A DNA stretch of 43,520 nucleotides from a virus (lineage: Duplodnaviria > Caudoviricetes), in IMG/VR virus record IMGVR_UViG_3300037483_000044, positions 1-43,520 of that record. The stretch is one strand, 5' to 3'. A model generated the notes under the pieces. That model saw only the letters and a list, made by a program, of their open reading frames with translations. It was not told the DNA's origin and ran no database searches. How positions within the stretch are numbered: position 1 is the stretch's first letter; each line of letters starts with the position of its first letter. A program made the translations under genes and the position numbers. Below, piece by piece: positions 36,771-43,520 of the stretch.

Positions 36771-37059
36771 TAGTAGTTCCTAAAAAGTCCATAATAGACT
36801 GATAAGCTGCCTCAACCCCAGCAGTAGCCGCTTTCAATTCATCTGTAACTTTAAAAAGAGTCGCTACAGGGACATAATCTATCTTTGTAGCGGCTTCTTC
36901 CATACATGTTATACAAAAGAAAACACCACCATAATACTCAAGCTCCATTTTAAAATCTATAACAGGTCGATCCACTGCGCCACAAACTGCACATTTACCT
37001 GGGAAAGAAGGGGGCAATTGTAGAATTTGAAAACGTGACTGTGCAGGATTAGTTGTCAT
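36553..37059 (-). CDS. Zn-finger hypothetical protein
   Basis: PGKCAVCG...FCITC. Confidence 0.65.
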   Translation of the reverse strand: MTTNPAQSRFQILQLPPSFPGKCAVCGAVDRPVIDFKMELEYYGGVFFCITCMEEAATKIDYVPVATLFKVTDELKAATAGVEAAYQSIMDFLGTTNESFASLRHTIISKFRNDGFVLEQSTQQTTINTDELKPGSCEDSRQVDRDSVDEGSASVSSNTSNESTIFSF

Positions 37060-37244
37060 TACTTATCCTTTTTGGTAGATTCCTTTACCTCTGCTTTGAA
37101 TCCTAGAGACACATAATTGGGAGTTCTACCTTCCATTTCTGCATACTTCTTTTCCTTGGTTAATAGTTCAAGCTCGTCCAAGTAAGGTCCTCCCTGACGA
37201 CCTTCTACATTATCAAACTCTGTGTATTTCATTAGAAATCCCAC
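37059..37244 (-). CDS. Hypothetical protein
   Basis: Coupled ORF after the terminase. Confidence 0.6.
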   Translation of the reverse strand: MGFLMKYTEFDNVEGRQGGPYLDELELLTKEKKYAEMEGRTPNYVSLGFKAEVKESTKKDK

Positions 37245-38749
37245 TCCATTGGATTAGTTCCTAGTTGCCATTTAGTATCTGGCTGTGATGCGACGTACAT
37301 TTTAGCAAGAACCTCGTTGTATGAGGTAATACCATCACTCTTAGGAATTACTAGATTTGATACTGATTCTAACTCAGGTGTGAGATCAGGCATAAAAGTG
37401 AAGAAATACCTTGCGGCATCGGCCGCGTGATCATCCTTTTTATGGATCTGGTCATGTGCGTTGTTATCGAACTGCGCTTTCTTAGAAGCATAAGTTTTCC
37501 ATCTAAGTCTTTCCATTTCTCTAATAAGATTAACGCAGTTTTCAGTAATTAGCCAATATGGTTTGCCTGTTTTTGGATTAATTTTTAAATATGACGATAC
37601 CTGGTTAACACCGGATAGTACATCATTATTTCCCGGTGTAATAAAGACACCATACTTTGAGTATTCACCAGCGATAGAGGTCCCGGTAACTCCTTGACGT
37701 TGTTGAGTTGCGGGATCTCCAATACAAACATCTGGTTCTCGTCCAAACTGTTTGTCCATGTCAAGAACAATCTGTGCATGTTGTTTCACAGTCATCTCAG
37801 ATGCATAGTGTTCTGCAAAAGTTATAATAGTGCCATTACTAGATACAGCGTGCCATAGCCAAGCTGTAGGGTTATTGAATCCATGATCCATGCTACGATA
37901 CCATTCCCACTCCTGCAACGATTTTGGCGCTACAGGGGAAATAACATGTATCTTTCTATCAAAGTTCTTGTATACCTTGCCACCTAGCTGAACAAACTGT
38001 CCTTTTTCCCGTGCCTTGCGTTCGTCAGGATCAAGATTACCAATAATTCTGTCAATGGCTTCTGGATTAAGATATGGATTTTCATGTATATCTACTTCAA
38101 TAACTTGGATATGAGGATTTCCATTTAACCCTGCATTATATATACCATCAAAAATCCAAGTCATTCCCTCTACAGGAGTTAATGTCAACCATATGTCACC
38201 ATCAGTATCTACCAAACGAAGCATATTTTCATCGTAAATGTGCTTGGGTGGTTCCTCATCAAAGTGCACAAAATGCCTACTAGTTCCTGCGTGAGCACCT
38301 AAATCTTGTTCATATGTTAACATATCCAAGGTTGAACCATTAGCTAAAGTTAATTCTTTTGCATCTGAGTTATAGGATCTTTCCCACGAACCACGCTTTA
38401 ATAGGCTTGGCGGAATCCATTGTTTAAATTTTGGAATTAAAATTTGTCCTATACCATGTGCATAATCTGTAGTTACTACTCTACCTCTTACTGGAGCCTC
38501 GGGTACTCTCTTATTGGGGTGCTCACCTTTAAGGTAGTAAATGTCCTCTACAACTCCACCAACAGTTTTCCCGGACCGGTTACCACCTATGTAAAGTCTA
38601 GTTTTAGCTGTTGATTCATGGAAAATTTTCTGTTTTGTATGAGGTACATATGCAAGAATATTAGGTTCTCTTGCAGTTATTTTTAGCTTCTCACCTACAG
38701 TACGCAGCATTTCAGCTTGCGTTATATCAACAGTCGTTCGTCTAGCCAT
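37232..38749 (-). CDS. terL: Terminase large subunit
   Basis: PHTKQ..FH, GGNRSGKT, VHFDEEP, LTLTP, SMDHGFNNPTA, IGDPA and KKDDHAADA.RY. Confidence 0.95.
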   Translation of the reverse strand: MARRTTVDITQAEMLRTVGEKLKITAREPNILAYVPHTKQKIFHESTAKTRLYIGGNRSGKTVGGVVEDIYYLKGEHPNKRVPEAPVRGRVVTTDYAHGIGQILIPKFKQWIPPSLLKRGSWERSYNSDAKELTLANGSTLDMLTYEQDLGAHAGTSRHFVHFDEEPPKHIYDENMLRLVDTDGDIWLTLTPVEGMTWIFDGIYNAGLNGNPHIQVIEVDIHENPYLNPEAIDRIIGNLDPDERKAREKGQFVQLGGKVYKNFDRKIHVISPVAPKSLQEWEWYRSMDHGFNNPTAWLWHAVSSNGTIITFAEHYASEMTVKQHAQIVLDMDKQFGREPDVCIGDPATQQRQGVTGTSIAGEYSKYGVFITPGNNDVLSGVNQVSSYLKINPKTGKPYWLITENCVNLIREMERLRWKTYASKKAQFDNNAHDQIHKKDDHAADAARYFFTFMPDLTPELESVSNLVIPKSDGITSYNEVLAKMYVASQPDTKWQLGTNPMEWDF

Positions 38750-38758
38750 ATTATTACC

Positions 38759-39067
38759 TTAAGCAGTAGTATTGTCTGTTGCACCTAATACTACTAGTGC
38801 AGCACATACGGAGGCTAATGCTGCATTACCTCCTTTAGCACCAGTTAATGTTACTCCATCTAGTAATTGAACTGAGTTGCTTCCATCATGAGTATGATTT
38901 CCTGCTGAAGCTTGAGCACTAGAAATACCAATAGAATGATGATGGGAGTCTTTAGCTACGTCTAGATCATCATTTCTATGAAAAGTTGTTACTACTCTTG
39001 GATCAACTACATTAGATCCCTTGGTTTTTTGGTCTAAATAAGGATCTACTAAAATTGGATCTGGCAT
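38759..39067 (-). CDS. Small structural protein (fibre-associated)
   Basis: SHHHSIG...ASAGNHTHDG metal-binding fibre-type motif. Confidence 0.6.
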   Translation of the reverse strand: MPDPILVDPYLDQKTKGSNVVDPRVVTTFHRNDDLDVAKDSHHHSIGISSAQASAGNHTHDGSNSVQLLDGVTLTGAKGGNAALASVCAALVVLGATDNTTA

Positions 39068-39711
39068 TATATCACCATATCTATAGTAAGATACGTTGGT
39101 ACTGTTGAAGAAGCACCACTACCTATAGTTCCACCGCCTGTAAAAAGATTCAAAGTACCTACGATAGTTTTAGAACCAGCCGCAGCACTATCATATTCAC
39201 CATGGATAGCTGCTCCATAGCCACCTGTAGTAAGGGGTGACGCAAAATTATTGGAAGCTAGTTGTGTACCAGAAACATTGTCTTCTCTAATACTAATGAT
39301 TGCAGTTGCATTTGCTGCAGTGGCAATTATACGTGAATGATAATTGATAAGATACTTTTTACTATTTAGTGCTGTAAAAGTGACCGTATCTACAATGGTT
39401 TCCGAGGAGACAGAAGCACTATTTGTAATACGCTTTGCTTGAGCAATACGTAAAATAGTACCTTTTCCACCAATGAATTGCCATGTAGCTCCATCGTAAC
39501 AATAAACTAAATTGGTATCTGTTTCATATATAGTTAATCCACTATATAGAGATCCTCCACTTGGACGTGTTGAACTAGTGCATATTGTTAAACCAGCCGC
39601 AGCATCTATCTTATCGTAATTTTGATCTAGATCTACGTCAACATCTACTGCGTCAGTGTTCGCTGGCTTGAATAACTTTAACCTGGTTGTTAGTGTTCCC
39701 ATTATTACCAC
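39067..39711 (-). CDS. Minor tail / receptor-binding-like protein
   Basis: TTRLKLFKP...NYDKID, CTSSTRPS and G..IYETDT....YDG.TW, as in actinophage minor tail proteins. Confidence 0.7.
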   Translation of the reverse strand: MVIMGTLTTRLKLFKPANTDAVDVDVDLDQNYDKIDAAAGLTICTSSTRPSGGSLYSGLTIYETDTNLVYCYDGATWQFIGGKGTILRIAQAKRITNSASVSSETIVDTVTFTALNSKKYLINYHSRIIATAANATAIISIREDNVSGTQLASNNFASPLTTGGYGAAIHGEYDSAAAGSKTIVGTLNLFTGGGTIGSGASSTVPTYLTIDMVI

Positions 39712-40354
39712 CTAATGCGGTGTTGGCCAACATTTGTACCTCAGCACCAATCTTAGCTAAAGTGCTTGGGTCTGTCACGTGCTTTGTAATTATCTCTACT
39801 ATCCTAGATAATACTGCCATTACGTCCATGGCATTCTTACTATTGGGATCCCACCTCTGTGTTATCTCATAGTAAAACTTAATTGCGTTCATATCGCCTT
39901 TTTCAGCTGTCTGTAGCAATGCTTGCTGAATCATTGGCGCGTGTTCTTCCAGCTGGTCCGCCGATAAAGAAGCTACCATGGATCGAAACTCTGGATTCTT
40001 CATCCACGCTGTCCATGTTACGTAACTGTACCCAAGATTCTTTAATTTCTTGGCTAAACCCCCCGCTACAGTGGGGTCTAACACGTGTGCTAAAACGTAC
40101 ATTTGTTCTGCACTAAGTCTGTTCGGTCTAATCCACGGTACCCCACGGGACAAAATTCCATGCTTAAAATCCGCGTGGTCCAGTATTTTAGCTAATTGAA
40201 GTGGATTTTCAAACATATCTCTGTGCTCATTAAATATCTCGTCTATCTTAGGGATTCTTCTCTTTTTAAGATAGAACATATATACATAATTAACTAGGTC
40301 TGTTACACATAATGCTAAATCTTTTTTCGAGGTCTGCAATTGAAGGCACCCCAC
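39653..40354 (-). CDS. Putative terminase small subunit / HTH protein (start uncertain)
   Basis: LKNLGYSYVTWTAWMKNPEF HTH and A..GDMNAIKFY pattern; upstream of terL. Confidence 0.55.
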   Translation of the reverse strand: MGCLQLQTSKKDLALCVTDLVNYVYMFYLKKRRIPKIDEIFNEHRDMFENPLQLAKILDHADFKHGILSRGVPWIRPNRLSAEQMYVLAHVLDPTVAGGLAKKLKNLGYSYVTWTAWMKNPEFRSMVASLSADQLEEHAPMIQQALLQTAEKGDMNAIKFYYEITQRWDPNSKNAMDVMAVLSRIVEIITKHVTDPSTLAKIGAEVQMLANTALGGNNGNTNNQVKVIQASEH

Positions 40355-40781
40355 AATCTAATAGTGCTTCTTTGAGCAAGAACGGCAATGCAGTATTGGT
40401 AGATAGTTCATATGCTTGTATGATACTCTGTTGTATCTTCACTGTCCTGCAGTATTCTATTAAGCTATTTCCAATTACTACTTGACGATAACACTTATGT
40501 GGGTGTTCTGGACAGGAGAAATAGTTACGCAAAAAGTATTCAGTTCGCGGAAAGAAAAGAGCCGCTACAGGGGCTCGTTCATTGCGAATCCAGACATGAT
40601 ATGTATCTAACAGAGAAATATCTGATAAGTAAATAGAAAGAGTGGTTTCTAATTTAGGAGATGGAGTTGAGTAAAGTCCTTGTTCAACGCGAAGAACGTA
40701 GTTCCGCGACAGGGATGATTCTTTAGCTAATCGAGCTTGAGTTAGACCAGCTTGGAGTCTCAGTTTCTTGTATGGGTTCAT
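40290..40781 (-). CDS. XRE-family HTH transcriptional regulator
   Basis: LRLQAGLTQARLAKESSLSRNYVLRVEQG, plus a second degenerate HTH in the C-terminal half. Confidence 0.8.
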   Translation of the reverse strand: MNPYKKLRLQAGLTQARLAKESSLSRNYVLRVEQGLYSTPSPKLETTLSIYLSDISLLDTYHVWIRNERAPVAALFFPRTEYFLRNYFSCPEHPHKCYRQVVIGNSLIEYCRTVKIQQSIIQAYELSTNTALPFLLKEALLDCGVPSIADLEKRFSIMCNRPS

Positions 40782-40833
40782 ACGACTAGTATATCGGTAG
40801 ATCGAGATGAGTAAAGTAGTATACTAAGTATCT

Positions 40834-40907
40834 AGTATACTAACTTAATTTTTTATAGAAATAAACTAAGTATACTAACTTAATTTTTTATAGAAATAAA
40901 CTAAGTA
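40834..40907. repeat. AT-rich 35-bp tandem direct repeat x2
   Basis: AGTATACTAACTTAATTTTTTATAGAAATAAACTA at 40834-40868 and 40869-40903. Confidence 0.9.
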
Positions 40908-40953
40908 CCTATCTATGGAAACAACTGCGCGTTTCAAGCCTGTACAACATGAC

Positions 40954-40981
40954 TTGACATTATGCGCACTCGGAGTAAGAT
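40954..40981 (+). promoter_or_regulatory. SigA-type early promoter (cassette 1)
   Basis: TTGACA-16 nt-TAAGAT, preceded by TGGAAACAACTGC. Confidence 0.65.
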
Positions 40982-41028
40982 TCTCCTTGTAAGTGAAAGC
41001 CCAGCCCTCAGAAGATACGGAGCTACTC

Positions 41029-41406
41029 ATGATTACCAAGGCACGCGCGCAGGAACTTCACGCCAAGGGTCACGAAGATCTGCGCAGGAACTTCTACGAT
41101 CCCAAGTCGTTCGGTGAACTCTGCAAGAAAATGGTCACAACTCTCACTTCCGATGAGTACACCATGTGGGGAGGCGGAGCCGTCTGTGAGTCCGCGGAAC
41201 ACTCGGTGATGTTCCAGATGGTCGTCACGATCACTCTCACCTCGGTCTACCAGAATGTGAAGGGCGAGGAACTCCCGGAGTTCTCCGGGGATGTGGTGGA
41301 GGACGCCCCCGATCCGGACGCTCAGCCAGGCACTGACGACGTTCTGCTGGCACAGCTGCGCGAGATCGTCGGAGACGACTTCATCCTGGGAGATGACACG
41401 GACTAG
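41029..41406 (+). CDS. GC-rich early hypothetical protein with acidic tail
   Basis: GGAG RBS before ATG 41029; high GC3 codon usage. Confidence 0.8.
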   Translation: MITKARAQELHAKGHEDLRRNFYDPKSFGELCKKMVTTLTSDEYTMWGGGAVCESAEHSVMFQMVVTITLTSVYQNVKGEELPEFSGDVVEDAPDPDAQPGTDDVLLAQLREIVGDDFILGDDTD

Positions 41407-41419
41407 TTCTGAGGGCTAG

Positions 41420-41457
41420 GCAGGAAATCCCCTGGATCTCTCCAGGGGATTTCCTGT
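41420..41457 (+). terminator. Long hairpin terminator
   Basis: GCAGGAAATCCCCTGGA-TCTC-TCCAGGGGATTTCCTGT. Confidence 0.8.
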
Positions 41458-41603
41458 GTCCCGAAGGCCTGCCTGGAAACAACTGCCGTCACAATGCCGT
41501 CAAGCCGCGCACAATGCCTATCCCTGGACTTGCATTAACACTCTATCTGTGATTGACTATGTCTAAGCAAGCCACCCACTACCCAGACCAAGAGGAGTAC
41601 ACC

Positions 41604-42341
41604 GTGTCTGACACGACCGACTACACCGTCCCCATGCGAGAGCTTGTCTCTCAACTCATTCGGGAGAACAACGACCGGGCCGACCGGCTTCGTTCCGCCG
41701 GTAATTCTGCTGCACTTCTCGCAGAAGTCCGCGATGAGAAGGAAACCGAGGATGTCAACATCCTGGACTACCGAGAGATGCGAGAGAAGGCTCTCGCAGA
41801 AGTTCTTTCCTGGGAGAAGGATATCGAGGAATACATTCGGAATGCTGGACTCGTCGATGCCCCGACTGTGGATGTCGAGAAGGAAACCGCAGCTTGGAAG
41901 GCACAGCACTCAACTGTCAAGAACATGATGGCTGTTCTGACTTCTCTCGCGGGAGATGACGGAACGCGGGAACTTCCCGAGATCAAGGGGATTCCTGGCA
42001 AGTCCGGAACTACTAGCGGAAATAGTGGAGGTACTGGTATCACTCGTCCGCGATTCCAGAGCATCCGCTACAGCGTGGCAGGTTCCGACAAGTGGACTGA
42101 GGTTTTCCAAGTCGATGAGAAGGATGATGGTACCAGGGAACAGAAAACCTCTCTCACCATTCTGGCGCTCGCACTCAACAAAACATATAAATCGAATGTT
42201 TCGGCATCCGATCTACACGGTCCTCTCTTCGAGGAAGCCGGAACCAAGGATCTGAAATCTCTCAAGGGAAAGCCTGTCGCGTTCGCTTTCTCCGTGGGAG
42301 ATGTCAATGTCATCGTGGAGGCCACCCCACGTGTTGACTAA
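41604..42341 (+). CDS. GC-rich early hypothetical protein (coiled coil, Gly linker, C-terminal domain)
   Basis: GAGGAG RBS before GTG 41604; high GC3 codon usage. Confidence 0.8.
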   Translation: MSDTTDYTVPMRELVSQLIRENNDRADRLRSAGNSAALLAEVRDEKETEDVNILDYREMREKALAEVLSWEKDIEEYIRNAGLVDAPTVDVEKETAAWKAQHSTVKNMMAVLTSLAGDDGTRELPEIKGIPGKSGTTSGNSGGTGITRPRFQSIRYSVAGSDKWTEVFQVDEKDDGTREQKTSLTILALALNKTYKSNVSASDLHGPLFEEAGTKDLKSLKGKPVAFAFSVGDVNVIVEATPRVD

Positions 42342-42346
42342 TCCCT

Positions 42347-42390
42347 AGGAAATATCCCCTAGTCTTTCATTAGACTAGGGGATATTTTCT
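42347..42390 (+). terminator. Long hairpin terminator
   Basis: AGGAAATATCCCCTAGTCT-TTCATT-AGACTAGGGGATATTTTCT. Confidence 0.85.
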
Positions 42391-42470
42391 TGCCTAAAAA
42401 TCTTAGTCCACCGCATGGAAACAATGCCGGCGATATGTCCGTTGTATACCATATGTCCGAAATCTGCCTA

Positions 42471-42500
42471 TTGACAGCTTACCCCCACATCTGCTACTAT
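42471..42500 (+). promoter_or_regulatory. SigA-type promoter (cassette 3)
   Basis: TTGACA-18 nt-TACTAT with an extended TG; TGGAAACAATGCC upstream. Confidence 0.7.
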
Positions 42501-42665
42501 TGCATTAGTTCGAGCGGCACCGTGTAATGACATGTGGTTAGTGAATATAACTTTGGCATGGCTTTAGGACTAATATAACCAACATATTAAAACTGTAGAG
42601 TTCTGTTCCGCTACAGGGAATCTGTAGCCATCACGTTTTAATAGGCCATAACCAGAGGAGTGAGA

Positions 42666-42821
42666 ATGTCCAAGCCACGTGTTTATAAGGAAATCCTGAC
42701 CTATAACGATCTCTGGCCTCGTTGGGTTGGAGTTAATCAATATGGTCAGATGGGTTTCTTCAACTGCTGGAAGGATGCACTTAATTATGCCGTCGAAATA
42801 ACCATCTTTCTTAAACGTTGA
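42666..42821 (+). CDS. Small hypothetical protein (51 aa)
   Basis: GAGGAG RBS; MSKPRVYKEILTYNDLWPRW...FNCWKDALNYA. Confidence 0.7.
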   Translation: MSKPRVYKEILTYNDLWPRWVGVNQYGQMGFFNCWKDALNYAVEITIFLKR

Positions 42822-42984
42822 GGGACTAACTAAAAATCATTTTGTGTATACCACATTGATTTCTAAAAAGTCCTTATTTACCTTATGCGTTTTATGTCCC
42901 AGATGTCCGATATGTCCAATTCTAGAAGATGAGAGCTTGTTACGGGACGGAGTCCCTCCACTAGCTCTCATCTTTTCGGTTTCG

Positions 42985-43107
42985 CGTTATCACAGAAGTA
43001 ACGTTGGATCATGCTCTGACCAGGCACGTTACCCATGCAGTAACGCTCATCTCTCAATGATCATGGTAATGACCTCCAAAAAGATCAACGTTACTCTCAC
43101 AGTAACG
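42985..43107. promoter_or_regulatory. Three dyad sites CGTTAY-N7-GTAACG
   Basis: 42985-43003, 43027-43045 and 43089-43107. Confidence 0.7.
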
Positions 43108-43148
43108 AACGGACATTCAGGACATCTCTCACATATAAGACAGTAGGT

Positions 43149-43520
43149 GTGTTTTATTTGGTTATCGTTGAACCTAAAGAATTATTCGATTTCTTCTCCA
43201 CTGTAGCGCATGGGTTGTTCTCCTACGAAGCAGAAGAATCATTGTCACTACCAAGGAACTCTTTACGTCGTCACTTAGCTAAACCAGGGTTTAGGCAACT
43301 ACCAGACAAAAGGTACTGTCTAAACACAGATTCCTTTGAGCAATTTTGTGTACTTCAAGGGTACGCTGTCGTTAAACGTGTTCGTAGCGCGGATTACCCA
43401 TTTGAAATCGAGGAATGGAAAAAGGAATTAGCTGGGTTCTCCCTTGGAGACCTAGTTGCTGGGTTGCAAACTGTCCAACTTAAGGATTTTAACGACTGGC
43501 TAGAACCGACGGGGTTAGCT
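43149..43520 (+). CDS. 5' part of the junction-spanning hypothetical protein (start uncertain)
   Basis: Open frame VFYLVIVEPKELFDFF... continues into 1-252. Confidence 0.7.
   Translation, partial: MFYLVIVEPKELFDFFSTVAHGLFSYEAEESLSLPRNSLRRHLAKPGFRQLPDKRYCLNTDSFEQFCVLQGYAVVKRVRSADYPFEIEEWKKELAGFSLGDLVAGLQTVQLKDFNDWLEPTGLA
43383..43520. repeat. Terminal overlap (right copy)
   Basis: Matches 1-138 with one mismatch. Confidence 0.95.

Noticed and set aside
40290-40781. Temperate immunity/integration module
   Set aside because: An XRE HTH is present, but no integrase, ParA or att site is recognisable anywhere in the complete genome.
239-42325. Numerous short antisense or alternate-frame ORFs in the track (e.g. 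557-907, 1496-1861, 12644-12919, 19982-20302, 41768-42064)
   Set aside because: They are shadows of longer motif-bearing genes and have no RBS or recognisable motifs.
42844-43146. 100-aa ORF in the track
   Set aside because: No RBS; the CPRCPICP pattern is a by-product of the ATGTCC repeats in a region dominated by DNA dyads.

Overview
This window is a complete circular, AT-rich (roughly 35-40% GC by eye) tailed phage genome of about 43,382 bp. Bases 1-138 repeat at 43383-43520 with one mismatch, and one ORF runs across the join. A WhiB-family regulator, an actinobacterial-style short-arm tRNA-Leu(UAA) and an amidase endolysin point to an actinobacterial host. The + arm (about 41 kb through the join to 17.7 kb) carries early cassettes, a SNF2 helicase, many small Cys-rich genes, a deaminase, endolysin, HNH, Cas4/RecB-like exonuclease, Sak4-like ATPase, SSB, primase-helicase, family A DNA polymerase, MazG-like and RuvC-like genes and four tRNAs (Lys-UUU, Asn-GUU, Leu-UAA, Ile-UAU). 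The - arm (40.8 to 17.3 kb) is a podovirus-type morphogenesis module: terminase, portal, scaffold, capsid, adaptor, nozzle, ejection proteins and holin, with no tape measure and no integrase. Five signals are not explained by the gene list. (1) A ~530-nt highly base-paired non-coding RNA lies between two tRNAs and looks ROOL-like. (2) The 8-10-mer (CC)CTGTAGCG occurs at least 36 times on both strands, where under one copy is expected. (3) A two-copy structured intergenic element has conserved ends and variable interior. (4) GC-rich promoter-gene-terminator cassettes lack the TTA/ATA codons that the phage tRNAs decode. (5) Three helically phased CGTTAC-N7-GTAACG sites sit in a likely terminus or origin region. 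All product calls come from motif recognition by eye; no database search was run.
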